Origin: Planctomycetota bacterium | GTDB taxonomy: Bacteria > Planctomycetota > UBA8108 > SXIK01 | Direction: 5' to 3' | Assembly (NCBI GenBank): GCA_965223845.1 | Contig: CBDCXR010000004.1 | Location: forward strand, 1,376,001 to 1,440,000 | Length of the DNA stretch: 64,000 nucleotides | Shown: positions 27,241 to 36,280 of the stretch, in pieces | Layout: each line of letters starts with the position of its first letter | Position numbering within the stretch: position 1 is the stretch's first letter | Made by a program: the position numbers and the translations under genes | Notes under the pieces: generated by a model | Seen by the model: only the letters and a program-made list of their open reading frames with translations | What the model was told of the DNA's origin: nothing | The model's database searches: none

Positions 27241-29502
27241 TTGACCCCGACGTCCACTCCCGCTCGTACTCCCTCCCGGCGAAAGCGCCGCCGGAAGCGC
27301 GCGCACGCTCCGTCCGCGGCGCCGAACACCGGCCGACGCCGCCTCCATCGTCTGCGCGGATCCGCCGTAATCCTCTGGATGCTCCTTGGGGTCGGAGTGT
27401 TTTTCTGGCGGGTTCTTCTTACGCCATCCCAGTTCTACCAGGGCGACACTCACGCCCTCCTCTACCCGATGAAGGAGCTCCTCGCGCGGGAGTTTTCACT
27501 CGGGCGCTGGCCGCTTTGGGACCCGCACTCGCTCTGCGGCTATCCGCTACTCGGAAGCTACATCTCCGGCGCGTTCGCACCGCAGAATCTGCTCTACTTC
27601 GTGCTCCCCTTCGGCGTCGCGTTCAAGCTGCTCATCGTCGGGAAACACATGCTCGGCGCGATCTTTCAGTACGCGCTCCTTCGCACTTGGGGAATCGGTC
27701 GAGTCGCGTCGGCCGCTGGCGGAGTCGCATTCGCGCTCAGCGGCCCTCTCCTCTCGATCAGCGCTTACGTCAGCTTCGCCTTCGAGTGCATTCCTCTCCT
27801 CGTGTTCGTTACCTGGCGCGTAGCGGAATCCGTGGACCAACGCGGCCGCGCGACGCTCTCGCGCTGGCTCGCTGCGGTTGCGGCGTTCGCCTTTGTCTTT
27901 CTGCAGGGGGATCTCCAGACGGCGTACACGGGCGCGGCCATCGCCGTCCTCGCCCCGATGTTCGCCGCACGGCGATCCTGGCGCACGAAGCTTCACGCCG
28001 CCGGCTCGAACCTCGCGGCCGGTTGCGTGACACTCGCGCTCGTCGGCGTACAGCTCCTTCCCTCGGCCGCGGTACTCGCCGATTCCGATCGAACTCACCT
28101 CGGCGACGAGCGCTTTGCCCACTCGCTCAGCATCGGTCAGCTCGCGGAGTTCATCGATCCGCGGGGCCTCGGAGAGCGCGCGTTCGCGACGGACTTCATC
28201 GCGTGTAAGTATCTGGGCGCGAGCGTTGTCATCCTAGCGGCCATCGGTCTCCTGCTCGCCTGTCGCCGCGGGGCCGGAAAGCGTCGGCGCGCGGCGCTGC
28301 TTCTCGTCCTCGGTGCGGGCGCATTCGTCCTAGCGCTCGGACGGAACGTTCCGCTCGTCGGTGCGCTCAGCGAGTGGATCCCGGGGATGTCGCTCTTCCG
28401 ATATCCGCAAAAGTGGATCGAGTTGCTTTCGTTCGCCGTCGCCGGCATGGCAGCGCTCGGCATCGCCTCGATTGCGCGCGGGAACTGGATTCGTGCGGCC
28501 GGCCTCCTCATCGTCGTCACTCTCGATCTCGGATTCGGCCTCAGTCCTTTCCTCAGCGCGCGGCTCGTCGACGGGAACGCGTACGGCGAGGCGTCGCAAC
28601 TCGATGTTGCTTCGGTCGTCCCGTCGTTCGATCCGTCGCAGCGGATTCTTCGCTTCCCGTCAGACGGTGCCATCGGTGGCTTCCGCGAGCTTCCGGATGC
28701 CGATCCGAAGCACGACCGGAGCGCGCGGATCGCATGGAACCAATCCACGCTCCTCGGCAATTCGGCCTCGCGCTCCGGGCTCCGGCGAGTGTCCGGGATC
28801 ACGTCGTTTCGCTACGACGTCGTCGAGGCGCTCTGGGAGTCTGCCGCGGAGAGCGGACGCGTCGGACGGCTGGCCGATCTCTTCGCCGCGGAGTGGCTCC
28901 TCTCGTCGGAGGTCGAGCTCGAAGACCCCCGGGTGCGCGCGATCGGGCTCGTCACGAAACGCGCGCGCCGGTGGACCATCCCTACGACTCATGGTGACGT
29001 CGTTCTTGTGGAGCGTGAGACCGCTCTCCCGCGCGTCCACGTGACGACGGAGATCGAAGGCGTGCCGGATCGCACCGCCGCGATTCAGCGCTTGCTCGAT
29101 GCTTCGTTCGACCCGAAGGCCGCCGTCGTCGTGCTCGATGCCGACGCGGCGGAGCTCCGCGGCGAGGGGACGGTCAAGGGGTCCGCGCGCCCCGCCGCCG
29201 GTCGCGCGTCCGTCGCGGTGGAGTCGCCGACGGAGGTCGTCGTCGACGTGAAAGGGAACCGCGGCGGCGGCTTCCTTCTTCTCAGCGATACCTTCGATCG
29301 GGGATGGCGAGTGAGCGTGAACGACGAGCCGGTCCGGATGGTGAGAGGGAATCTCTACGCTCGCTGCGTCGCGGTGCCCGACGGCGACTCCGTCGTCCGC
29401 TTCACCTATGCACCGGGCTCGTTTCGCTGGGGACTCGCGCTGAGTGCGCTCGCGATCGTCGGCCTGGCGGTGGGCATCGCTCTCCGAGTTCGGCGTCCGT
29501 AG
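27241..29502 (+). CDS. YfhO-family multi-TM membrane protein (GT-C-type glycosyltransferase-like)
   Basis: PLWDPHSLCGYP, FRYPQKW and C-terminal LLLSDTFDRGWRVSVN...FTYAP; TTG at 27241 after GAGG. Start is uncertain. Confidence 0.78.
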   Translation: MTPTSTPARTPSRRKRRRKRAHAPSAAPNTGRRRLHRLRGSAVILWMLLGVGVFFWRVLLTPSQFYQGDTHALLYPMKELLAREFSLGRWPLWDPHSLCGYPLLGSYISGAFAPQNLLYFVLPFGVAFKLLIVGKHMLGAIFQYALLRTWGIGRVASAAGGVAFALSGPLLSISAYVSFAFECIPLLVFVTWRVAESVDQRGRATLSRWLAAVAAFAFVFLQGDLQTAYTGAAIAVLAPMFAARRSWRTKLHAAGSNLAAGCVTLALVGVQLLPSAAVLADSDRTHLGDERFAHSLSIGQLAEFIDPRGLGERAFATDFIACKYLGASVVILAAIGLLLACRRGAGKRRRAALLLVLGAGAFVLALGRNVPLVGALSEWIPGMSLFRYPQKWIELLSFAVAGMAALGIASIARGNWIRAAGLLIVVTLDLGFGLSPFLSARLVDGNAYGEASQLDVASVVPSFDPSQRILRFPSDGAIGGFRELPDADPKHDRSARIAWNQSTLLGNSASRSGLRRVSGITSFRYDVVEALWESAAESGRVGRLADLFAAEWLLSSEVELEDPRVRAIGLVTKRARRWTIPTTHGDVVLVERETALPRVHVTTEIEGVPDRTAAIQRLLDASFDPKAAVVVLDADAAELRGEGTVKGSARPAAGRASVAVESPTEVVVDVKGNRGGGFLLLSDTFDRGWRVSVNDEPVRMVRGNLYARCVAVPDGDSVVRFTYAPGSFRWGLALSALAIVGLAVGIALRVRRP

Positions 29503-29667
29503 ACGCGTCGATCGGGGGTGGTGCTGGTCGCGCTGCGAGTTCGAAACATTCGCCGAACTCCGGCTGACTTCCGCCCGGCGGCTGCCCTCTGGTAGATTGG
29601 GAGGACCCGGAGCACGGCTCCGAGATCGCTTCTCGCGCCGCCCATCTCCCCACCGAGGACGGAATCC

Positions 29668-30987
29668 ATGAATCAGGGACGCTCTACGACTCGCCGGCGA
29701 TTTCTCTCCGCGTCGCTCGCCGCCGCTGCCGCCCCGCTCTACGTGCCCGCGCGGTTGCTCGGTGACGACGCGCCGAGCAAGAAGATCACGGTGGCGTTCA
29801 TCGGTACGGGAAACAATGGGACGAACTGGCTCCGGCCGTTCCTCGGCGACGCGCGCGTCCGAGTCGTCGCGGTGTGCGACGTCAATCGCGAGGGTGGTGG
29901 GTATTGGGGCGGGACGGTCCGCGGGCGCGAACCCGCGCGGAAACTCGTCGACGAGTTCTACAAGGATAAGAGCTGCGCGGCGTACGAGGATTTTCGCGAC
30001 GTTCTCGAACGCGACGACATCGACGCGATTTACATCGGAACGCCCGATCACTGGCACGCGCACATCGCGATCGCCGCCGCGGATCGGAAGAAGGATGTCT
30101 ACGGGCAGAAGCCGCTCTCGCTCACCGTCGCCGAGGGGAGGGCGATGGTGAAGGCGGTCCAGCGGAACAACATCGTTTGGCAAACTGGAAGTCAGCAGCG
30201 CTCGGATCGGAACTTCCGCCGGGCCTGCGAGCTCGTACGAAACGGTCGCATCGGAAAGCTCCACACGGTGCGATGCGGACTTCCGGGCGGAACTCCGGAC
30301 TACGGGAAGACGGCGCACCTCACGAAAACCGTCCCCGTTCCGAATGGATTCAATTACGACCTTTGGCTCGGGCCGGCCCCGGAGGCCCCGTTTTGTCCGG
30401 CGCGGGTCGGCGTGAATTTTCGCTGGGTGCTCGACTACTCGGGCGGCCAGCTCACCGACTGGGGCGGACACCATCCCGACATCGCACAATGGGGGATGGG
30501 AACGGAAACGTCGGGGCCCGTCGCGATCAAGAACGCGCGAGGGTCGTTCGCCGACGGGCCGGTTTACAACACGGCGACGGACTACTACTTCGAGTGCGAG
30601 TACGCGAGCGGCGTGAAGCTGATCATCAGCGACAAAGAGCGCGGCGGCGTCACCTTTGAAGGGACGGATGGCTGGGTGTGGGCGACTCGCGGGCGACACG
30701 ACGCGGAGCCGAAGTCCCTTCTCAAGGAAGAGATCGGGCCGAACGAGATCCACCTGTACCGAAGCGACAACCACGTGAAGAACTTCATCGACTGCATGGT
30801 GTCGCGAAAGGAGACCGTGGCGCCGATCGAGATCGCGCACCGTTCGATCACCCTCGCTCACCTCGGCAATATCGCGCTTCGGACCGGACGTGATCTCAAG
30901 TGGGACCCCGTCGCGGAGCGCATCGCCGACGATGAGGGCGCGAACGCACTCCTCTCGCGCGAGTATCGCGGACCGTGGCGGATCTGA
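29668..30987 (+). CDS. Tat-exported Gfo/Idh/MocA oxidoreductase
   Basis: TRRRFL twin-Arg signal; IGTPDHWH, QKPLS, QTGSQQRS, YDLWLGPAP and DWGGHHPD. Confidence 0.92.
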   Translation: MNQGRSTTRRRFLSASLAAAAAPLYVPARLLGDDAPSKKITVAFIGTGNNGTNWLRPFLGDARVRVVAVCDVNREGGGYWGGTVRGREPARKLVDEFYKDKSCAAYEDFRDVLERDDIDAIYIGTPDHWHAHIAIAAADRKKDVYGQKPLSLTVAEGRAMVKAVQRNNIVWQTGSQQRSDRNFRRACELVRNGRIGKLHTVRCGLPGGTPDYGKTAHLTKTVPVPNGFNYDLWLGPAPEAPFCPARVGVNFRWVLDYSGGQLTDWGGHHPDIAQWGMGTETSGPVAIKNARGSFADGPVYNTATDYYFECEYASGVKLIISDKERGGVTFEGTDGWVWATRGRHDAEPKSLLKEEIGPNEIHLYRSDNHVKNFIDCMVSRKETVAPIEIAHRSITLAHLGNIALRTGRDLKWDPVAERIADDEGANALLSREYRGPWRI

Positions 30988-32651
30988 CTCGGGCGAGAGG
31001 GATCGCGTCGTCGACCGATCGCTCGTCGCGCCCGGAGGTCTGCGTTTCCCTCGCGCTCCTCTTCGCGTTCTCGGCGGGTGCGAGTCTCCGCGCCCAGGAG
31101 TGGAAGCGGAAGGAAGGGCGAGAGGACATCGTCGACATCGTCGTTGCGGGAAAGGCGGAAGCGACGGTGGAACGCGTCGAAAAATGGTTCGCGGCCGAGC
31201 CCGAGCGCACCGAGCCGCTCTTCGTGCTCGCAGCGGCGCACACGGCGCTGGGGGAGCTCGGTGCGGCGGTCAACTACGCGCGGCGTGCGCTCGCGGCGGG
31301 CGTTCCGGCCGAGCGTTTTTTCGCGGGACCGGCCGAGCTCGTCGGGCGGCTCGTCGCGACGCCGGAGTTCCAGCGCGCAGTGAACGGCGAGACACCGGTT
31401 CTCCTCCACGGACCGATGGTCGGCTCCGTCACGGAGTCGTCGGCGCGGTTTTGGGTGCGGACAACGCGCGAGATTTCGGTCGGTGTCGTTCTGCGTGCGG
31501 TCAACTCTGCGAGCGAGACGGGCGGCGGCGCGGCGGAGAGTGTTTCGGCCGAGGTGTTCACCAAGGCCGAGCGCGACCGTACTGCGGTCGTGACTGCGGG
31601 AGGGCTTCGACCGGATACGGAGTACGAGTACTCGCTCGTCCTCGACGGAGAGCGCCAGACCGTTCGTCATCGGCTCCGGACCTTCCCACCGGCGGGACGA
31701 CCGGCTCGATTCGCCGTTGCGTTCGGTGGCGGTGCCGCGTTCACACCGGAGCGCGAGTACGTGTTCACGACGATCGCCGGTCGGAAGCCGGTCGCGTTTC
31801 TTCAACTCGGCGACAATGTGTACATCGACGAACCGGAGAGCCGCGTCGTGCAGGAGTACTGCTACTACCGCCGGCAGTCGTCGTCGGCCTACCGCGGGCT
31901 CGTCGCCTCGACGTCCATCGCCGCGATCTGGGACGATCACGACTTCGGCGACAACGATTGCTGGGGCGGCCCCGAGATCGAAACGCCGCCGTGGAAGCGG
32001 GACGTCTGGAATACCTTCCGCAACAACTGGAACAACCCCTCGTACGGCGGCGGCCGCGCGCAGCCGGGTTGCTACTTCGACTTCGAGATCGGCGACGTGC
32101 ACTTCATCCTGCTCGACTGCCGGTACTACCGGACCGCACCGAACGCGCCGGGGCCGCGATCGATGCTCGGGGCGGCGCAGAAAAAGTGGCTCTTCGATCG
32201 GCTGAAGTCGTCACGAGGGACGTTCAAGATCCTCACGAGCTCGGTTCCGTTTTCCCAGGGCACGAAGCCCGGCAGCAAGGACACGTGGGACGGTTACGCG
32301 GAGGAGCGCGAGGAGATCTTCTCGTTCATCGCCGAGAACCGCGTCGACGGAGTCGTGCTCGTAGCGGCGGATCGCCACCGCTCAGACGCCTGGCGAACCG
32401 AGCGACCGAGCGCGTATCCCCTGTACGAGTTCATGTCGTCGCGACTTACGAACTCGCACGTTCACCGCGTGTTTCCGCAGTCACTCTTTGGCTACAACGA
32501 GAAGTGCTCGTTCGGGATGCTTGCGTTCGATACGACGATCGACGATCCCGAAGTGCGCTACACGATCGTCGATCTCGACGGGCGGGACATCTACTCGCTC
32601 ACTCTGCGGCGGAGCCAGCTCGCGGTGCCCGAGGATTCGGGGGCGCAGTAG
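30975..32651 (+). CDS. phoD: Alkaline phosphatase D family protein with N-terminal TPR-like segment
   Basis: LGDNVYID, IWDDHDFGDND, LLDCRYYR, DTWDGY and ADRH; purple-acid-phosphatase-like N-domain (GPMVG...GLRPDTEYEY). Confidence 0.85.
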   Translation: MADLTRARGIASSTDRSSRPEVCVSLALLFAFSAGASLRAQEWKRKEGREDIVDIVVAGKAEATVERVEKWFAAEPERTEPLFVLAAAHTALGELGAAVNYARRALAAGVPAERFFAGPAELVGRLVATPEFQRAVNGETPVLLHGPMVGSVTESSARFWVRTTREISVGVVLRAVNSASETGGGAAESVSAEVFTKAERDRTAVVTAGGLRPDTEYEYSLVLDGERQTVRHRLRTFPPAGRPARFAVAFGGGAAFTPEREYVFTTIAGRKPVAFLQLGDNVYIDEPESRVVQEYCYYRRQSSSAYRGLVASTSIAAIWDDHDFGDNDCWGGPEIETPPWKRDVWNTFRNNWNNPSYGGGRAQPGCYFDFEIGDVHFILLDCRYYRTAPNAPGPRSMLGAAQKKWLFDRLKSSRGTFKILTSSVPFSQGTKPGSKDTWDGYAEEREEIFSFIAENRVDGVVLVAADRHRSDAWRTERPSAYPLYEFMSSRLTNSHVHRVFPQSLFGYNEKCSFGMLAFDTTIDDPEVRYTIVDLDGRDIYSLTLRRSQLAVPEDSGAQ

Positions 32652-32670
32652 CAATCGGTCGAGGGGCGGA

Positions 32671-32922
32671 TCAGGCGCGGCCGGGCCGCTCTCGCGCGAG
32701 ATCGACGCGCAGGGTGCGGCCTTCGAACTCGGCGCCGTTGAGAGCTTCCATCGCGGAAGACGCGTCCGCCATCTCTACGAATCCAAATCCGCGTGAACGG
32801 CCGGTCTCGCGGTCCGACATGACCGTGACCGACTCGACCTCACCGTACTGCGAGAACAGCTCGCGGAGGCTGTCTTCGTTCGTCGAGTAGGAAAGGTTTC
32901 CGACGTAGAGTCGCTGACCCAT
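32671..32922 (-). CDS. RRM (RNP-1) RNA-binding protein
   Basis: RNP2 LYVGNL and RNP1 RGFGFVEM; SD AAGGAG. Confidence 0.95.
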   Translation of the reverse strand: MGQRLYVGNLSYSTNEDSLRELFSQYGEVESVTVMSDRETGRSRGFGFVEMADASSAMEALNGAEFEGRTLRVDLARERPGRA

Positions 32923-33512
32923 GAGGCTAAGAACTCCTTCGGAGCTCCGCCCGATCGCAGAGGAGCGGAGCTTCGGCCTGGGCCGTCCCGGCCGCCGCCG
33001 CCGGAAGGCGGCGAATGCCGGCGAGGCCCTCGAACGGGGGGCGGCGCGCTAGTAGTGTCGTCCCCGGGAGGAACGGCGCAGTGTCGCGGCGGGACCGGGC
33101 GGGGCGTCGCCGGATCCGCGTCATCGATTGCGCCACGCATCGAGTTCAGCACAACGTTAGGGTGGGAGCAAGTCGTATGTGGGCTCGAGGCGGTGTTGGG
33201 GCGGGGCGCACGATCTCGGGCGATGTGTTCCCTGAGGTCGGCCACGAGCGGGTCCGCCGCTCGATTCTCTCCGTCGACCGCGAGCCTCGCGTAGTCCGAA
33301 CCGTGTCCCCGGCACCGAGCGCTGGGGGCGCTCAGTCCTCGCCGGTCCTCGAGCGCAAAGCACCCTCCCGGGGGCGAAAGCAGCCACTCGAGAGGCGCGT
33401 CCCGGTTCGGATTTCGGCGCGGGGAATGTTAAGAAAAGGGCGCTTGCTCGCAATCCGGGCGGAATCCGCGCCGCACCCGCCATGATGATTCGGCCATTCG
33501 GAGGAGCGCGAA

Positions 33513-33863
33513 TTGGGGAACGACGCGTCGAACAACCCGAAGCGGGCGACGCTAGGAGAGTGGATGAGCGCGGTCATCGGCGTCGCGGTCTCCTCGTTCG
33601 GTCTGATCCTAGCGTTTGCTGGACTGACACTCCGCCTCGACTACGCAGGGGAATCGCGGGACCTCGTGCCGGCCGACCTGTTCGTCGGACTCGTTTGCGC
33701 GACGGGGACGTTTTTCGTAATTCTCGCCGTGGACGATCTGCGTGGGCCGTGGCGTCGCCCCATGATCGCGCTTGTGCTGGCGGGAGTCGTGTTCGCGCTC
33801 GTGAGCGCGGGGCTGATCAAGCTTCACCATTCGCAAGACGTGGCGCGAGGGTGGACGGGGTGA
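33513..33863 (+). CDS. Small hypothetical membrane protein (3 TM)
   Basis: Three hydrophobic segments; GGAGGAG RBS before the TTG start. Confidence 0.6.
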   Translation: MGNDASNNPKRATLGEWMSAVIGVAVSSFGLILAFAGLTLRLDYAGESRDLVPADLFVGLVCATGTFFVILAVDDLRGPWRRPMIALVLAGVVFALVSAGLIKLHHSQDVARGWTG

Positions 33864-33941
33864 CCACCTCCGACGAGACGAGTGACCATGCAAGGAACAA
33901 ACGGACTCACGGTGGAGGCAGTGGGTCGTTTGGCACTCGTC

Positions 33942-33979
33942 TGCAAGTGGGGGGATTCGAACCCTCGACGTTCGGTTCG
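33942..33979 (-). pseudogene. Degenerate tRNA 3'-half remnant (possible att scar)
   Basis: Minus strand reads CGAA-CCGAA-CGTC-GAGGG-TTCGAAT-CCCCC-CACTTGC-A (anticodon 3' stem, T-arm, acceptor 3' strand). There is no 5' half and no CCA. Confidence 0.55.
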
Positions 33980-33998
33980 CCCGCGCTGGTCTGACCGC

Positions 33999-36197
33999 CT
34001 ACGGGCAGCCGGCGGATCGTTCGCAGATCATCAGATCGACGGTGGGGTCGACGCCGCAGACGTGAGTCCCGGGGAGTGGGATCGCATCGCTCCCGAGAAA
34101 GAGAACACGCAGAGTGGTGACCGCGTCGGCAAGCGTGATCCAACCGTCGTCGTCGGCATCGGACGCGTCGGCGCAAACAGGGTCGCGCGCACGAAGGAAC
34201 AAGAAGTCGATTGTAAAGAGAGCGTCGGCGATATCGACCGCGCCATCCGCGTTGGCATCGCCGCGGCGGAATTCGACGCCTTGGTACGATCCCGCACCGC
34301 CCGAAGATCCCGCGCACCGCCCATTCGGCCGGCAGTTCGCGGAGCAACAATCCTCGTCGATCGCGCACGGATCGTTCTTTTCGCCGCACGGAGGCGCCTG
34401 ACAGCCTGGATCGGACGAGCAGACGGCCTCATCGCAGTCGACGAGCCCGTTGCAGTCGTTGTCCACGCCGTCGCCACAAACTTCCCCCGGACCGGGAATC
34501 GACGGATCTCCGTCGTCGCAGTCTCCGCCACAGGGCGCCGCGTCGACTCCGTCCCCGTCGGCGTCGACCGCGCAGTCGGGGTCCGCGCAGTCGGCCAGTC
34601 CGTCGCCGTCGTCGTCGACGCCGTTCGTACAATTCTCGGCGGGCGGTCCGGCGACGAACCGATACGACGCGACGAAGGCGTCGTCCGACCCACCACCGAA
34701 GGTCGCCTGGATCGCATCCGGCGTCACGGGAAAGGTGGACGAGCTCGTCGATCCCGCCACCCGGACTCGGGTCGTCCCTGCCGGGTCCCCAGCGAGCGTC
34801 GATAGCGCGATGCCTCCGCCACGCTCGCCGGACGCGCCGCCAAGAAACGTCGCATGCACGACGGCGCCCGCGTCATTTAACCGGGCTACGAACGCGTCCC
34901 CTTGTCCGTTGTGGGAACCGTCCTCCGCGTCCGACGTCACAGAAAAATCGGTCGAATTCGTCGTACCGAGAGCGAACACTCCGCCCGACGAATCGACGGC
35001 GAGATCCTCGACGCTCTCCGCGTTTGACCCGGCGAGCGCGGTCGTGTGAAGGATTGCCCAGCCAGCGTCCGGATCTAGCCTCGACACGAACACGTCGTCC
35101 TGCCCCAGATTCGGCCCCGCTGCTCCCGGAAAATCGTCCGAGTCGGTCCTGCCGCCGAGCCAAACGTCGCTTCCCTCTACTGCGATCGCCGAGGCGCGAT
35201 CCGACTTGGACCCTCCGATGTATTTCGCCGTCGCCACGTTCGTCGCGCCCGCAGCGAGCAGCTCGACGACGACGAGGACGCCGTCCTCCCTTCCCCCGAC
35301 CGTCGACCCGTCCGTTACGGGAAAGTCGTCCGACGTCGAATAGCCGGCGATGTACGCCCGCCCCGCGTCGTCCACGGCGAGGCCATGGCTCCCGTCGTCT
35401 TGGTCGTCGATACCAAATCCACCGATCACAGTTGCATGCTCGAGTACGAGATCGGGCGAAAACACGCAGAGAAAGAGATCCACATTACATTTCCCGTTGG
35501 ATCCGCAGCTCACCGTGCTGCCGTCGGTCGTCGGAAACGGACAGTCGTCGTTCGGACGAGTGTTCGTGCGACCGCTAACGTAGACCCGCCCACTCCCGTC
35601 ATGGATGGCAAGCGAACCCACTCGTTCGAGCGTTCCGCTCGCCCGAACGCGAGCTCCAGCCTCGACCGACCCGGTGGCGGCGTTCAGCCGGATGACGAAC
35701 GGGTCGCGACTCGTCCCGGCAGCATCGGGGTCCGGACACGCCGCGAAGGATTGGAGTCCGGCGACGTTCGCACCTGTCCAACCGGCCACGTAAACGCCAT
35801 TCAAACCGACGGCGATCGCAGCGGGAATCTCGACGGCGCTGCTGTCGAACATGGTCACCCAGTCCACGGCGGGGGGAGTCGCTTCCAGGTCGAGCTTGAC
35901 GACGTAGGTGGCGACGTTCATCGCTGCCGGCTCGCCGAGAAACGAGCTCGATCTGGTCATTCCCGTCAAGTAGAGAAACCCGCTCGCGTCCGTCGCCGCA
36001 CCGGTGCATTGGTCCTCCGCGTCGCCGCCGAGGAAGGACGAAACATCGCGCGTCACTTGGTCGGCGACAGCCGCTCGCGAAGCGAATCCGAGCCCCGAGC
36101 AGATCAGCATCAGAGCGACGAGTTGCGTCTCGCGAACGATCGAGTTCGGTCGATGAGCTAGCACGGTAGTCCGACCTCCCATTCTTGAATACCCCAT
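33999..36197 (-). CDS. Secreted SBBP-type beta-propeller protein with Asp/Cys (MopE-like) repeats, knottin-like module and dockerin-like domain
   Basis: Repeats such as LAVDDAGRAYIAGYSTSDDFPVT and LAVDSSGGVFALGTTNSTDFSVT; DCDDGDPSIPGPGEVCGDGVDNDCNG; FRRGDANADGAVDIADA. Exact start is uncertain. Confidence 0.85.
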   Translation of the reverse strand: MGYSRMGGRTTVLAHRPNSIVRETQLVALMLICSGLGFASRAAVADQVTRDVSSFLGGDAEDQCTGAATDASGFLYLTGMTRSSSFLGEPAAMNVATYVVKLDLEATPPAVDWVTMFDSSAVEIPAAIAVGLNGVYVAGWTGANVAGLQSFAACPDPDAAGTSRDPFVIRLNAATGSVEAGARVRASGTLERVGSLAIHDGSGRVYVSGRTNTRPNDDCPFPTTDGSTVSCGSNGKCNVDLFLCVFSPDLVLEHATVIGGFGIDDQDDGSHGLAVDDAGRAYIAGYSTSDDFPVTDGSTVGGREDGVLVVVELLAAGATNVATAKYIGGSKSDRASAIAVEGSDVWLGGRTDSDDFPGAAGPNLGQDDVFVSRLDPDAGWAILHTTALAGSNAESVEDLAVDSSGGVFALGTTNSTDFSVTSDAEDGSHNGQGDAFVARLNDAGAVVHATFLGGASGERGGGIALSTLAGDPAGTTRVRVAGSTSSSTFPVTPDAIQATFGGGSDDAFVASYRFVAGPPAENCTNGVDDDGDGLADCADPDCAVDADGDGVDAAPCGGDCDDGDPSIPGPGEVCGDGVDNDCNGLVDCDEAVCSSDPGCQAPPCGEKNDPCAIDEDCCSANCRPNGRCAGSSGGAGSYQGVEFRRGDANADGAVDIADALFTIDFLFLRARDPVCADASDADDDGWITLADAVTTLRVLFLGSDAIPLPGTHVCGVDPTVDLMICERSAGCP

Positions 36198-36280
36198 CGA
36201 GGCGTCTCACCAGGTAGCGGCCTCTGCGCTACGTCTTCTAGCGAGCTCTCGAGTTCTTCGGTCCACAACGGCGGCGAGTC

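Noticed and set aside
33330-33420. Possible SRP RNA or c-di-GMP riboswitch (GCAAAGC...GCGAAAGCAGCC)
   Set aside because: The required flanking motifs and helices could not be built by eye. An Infernal/Rfam scan would be needed.
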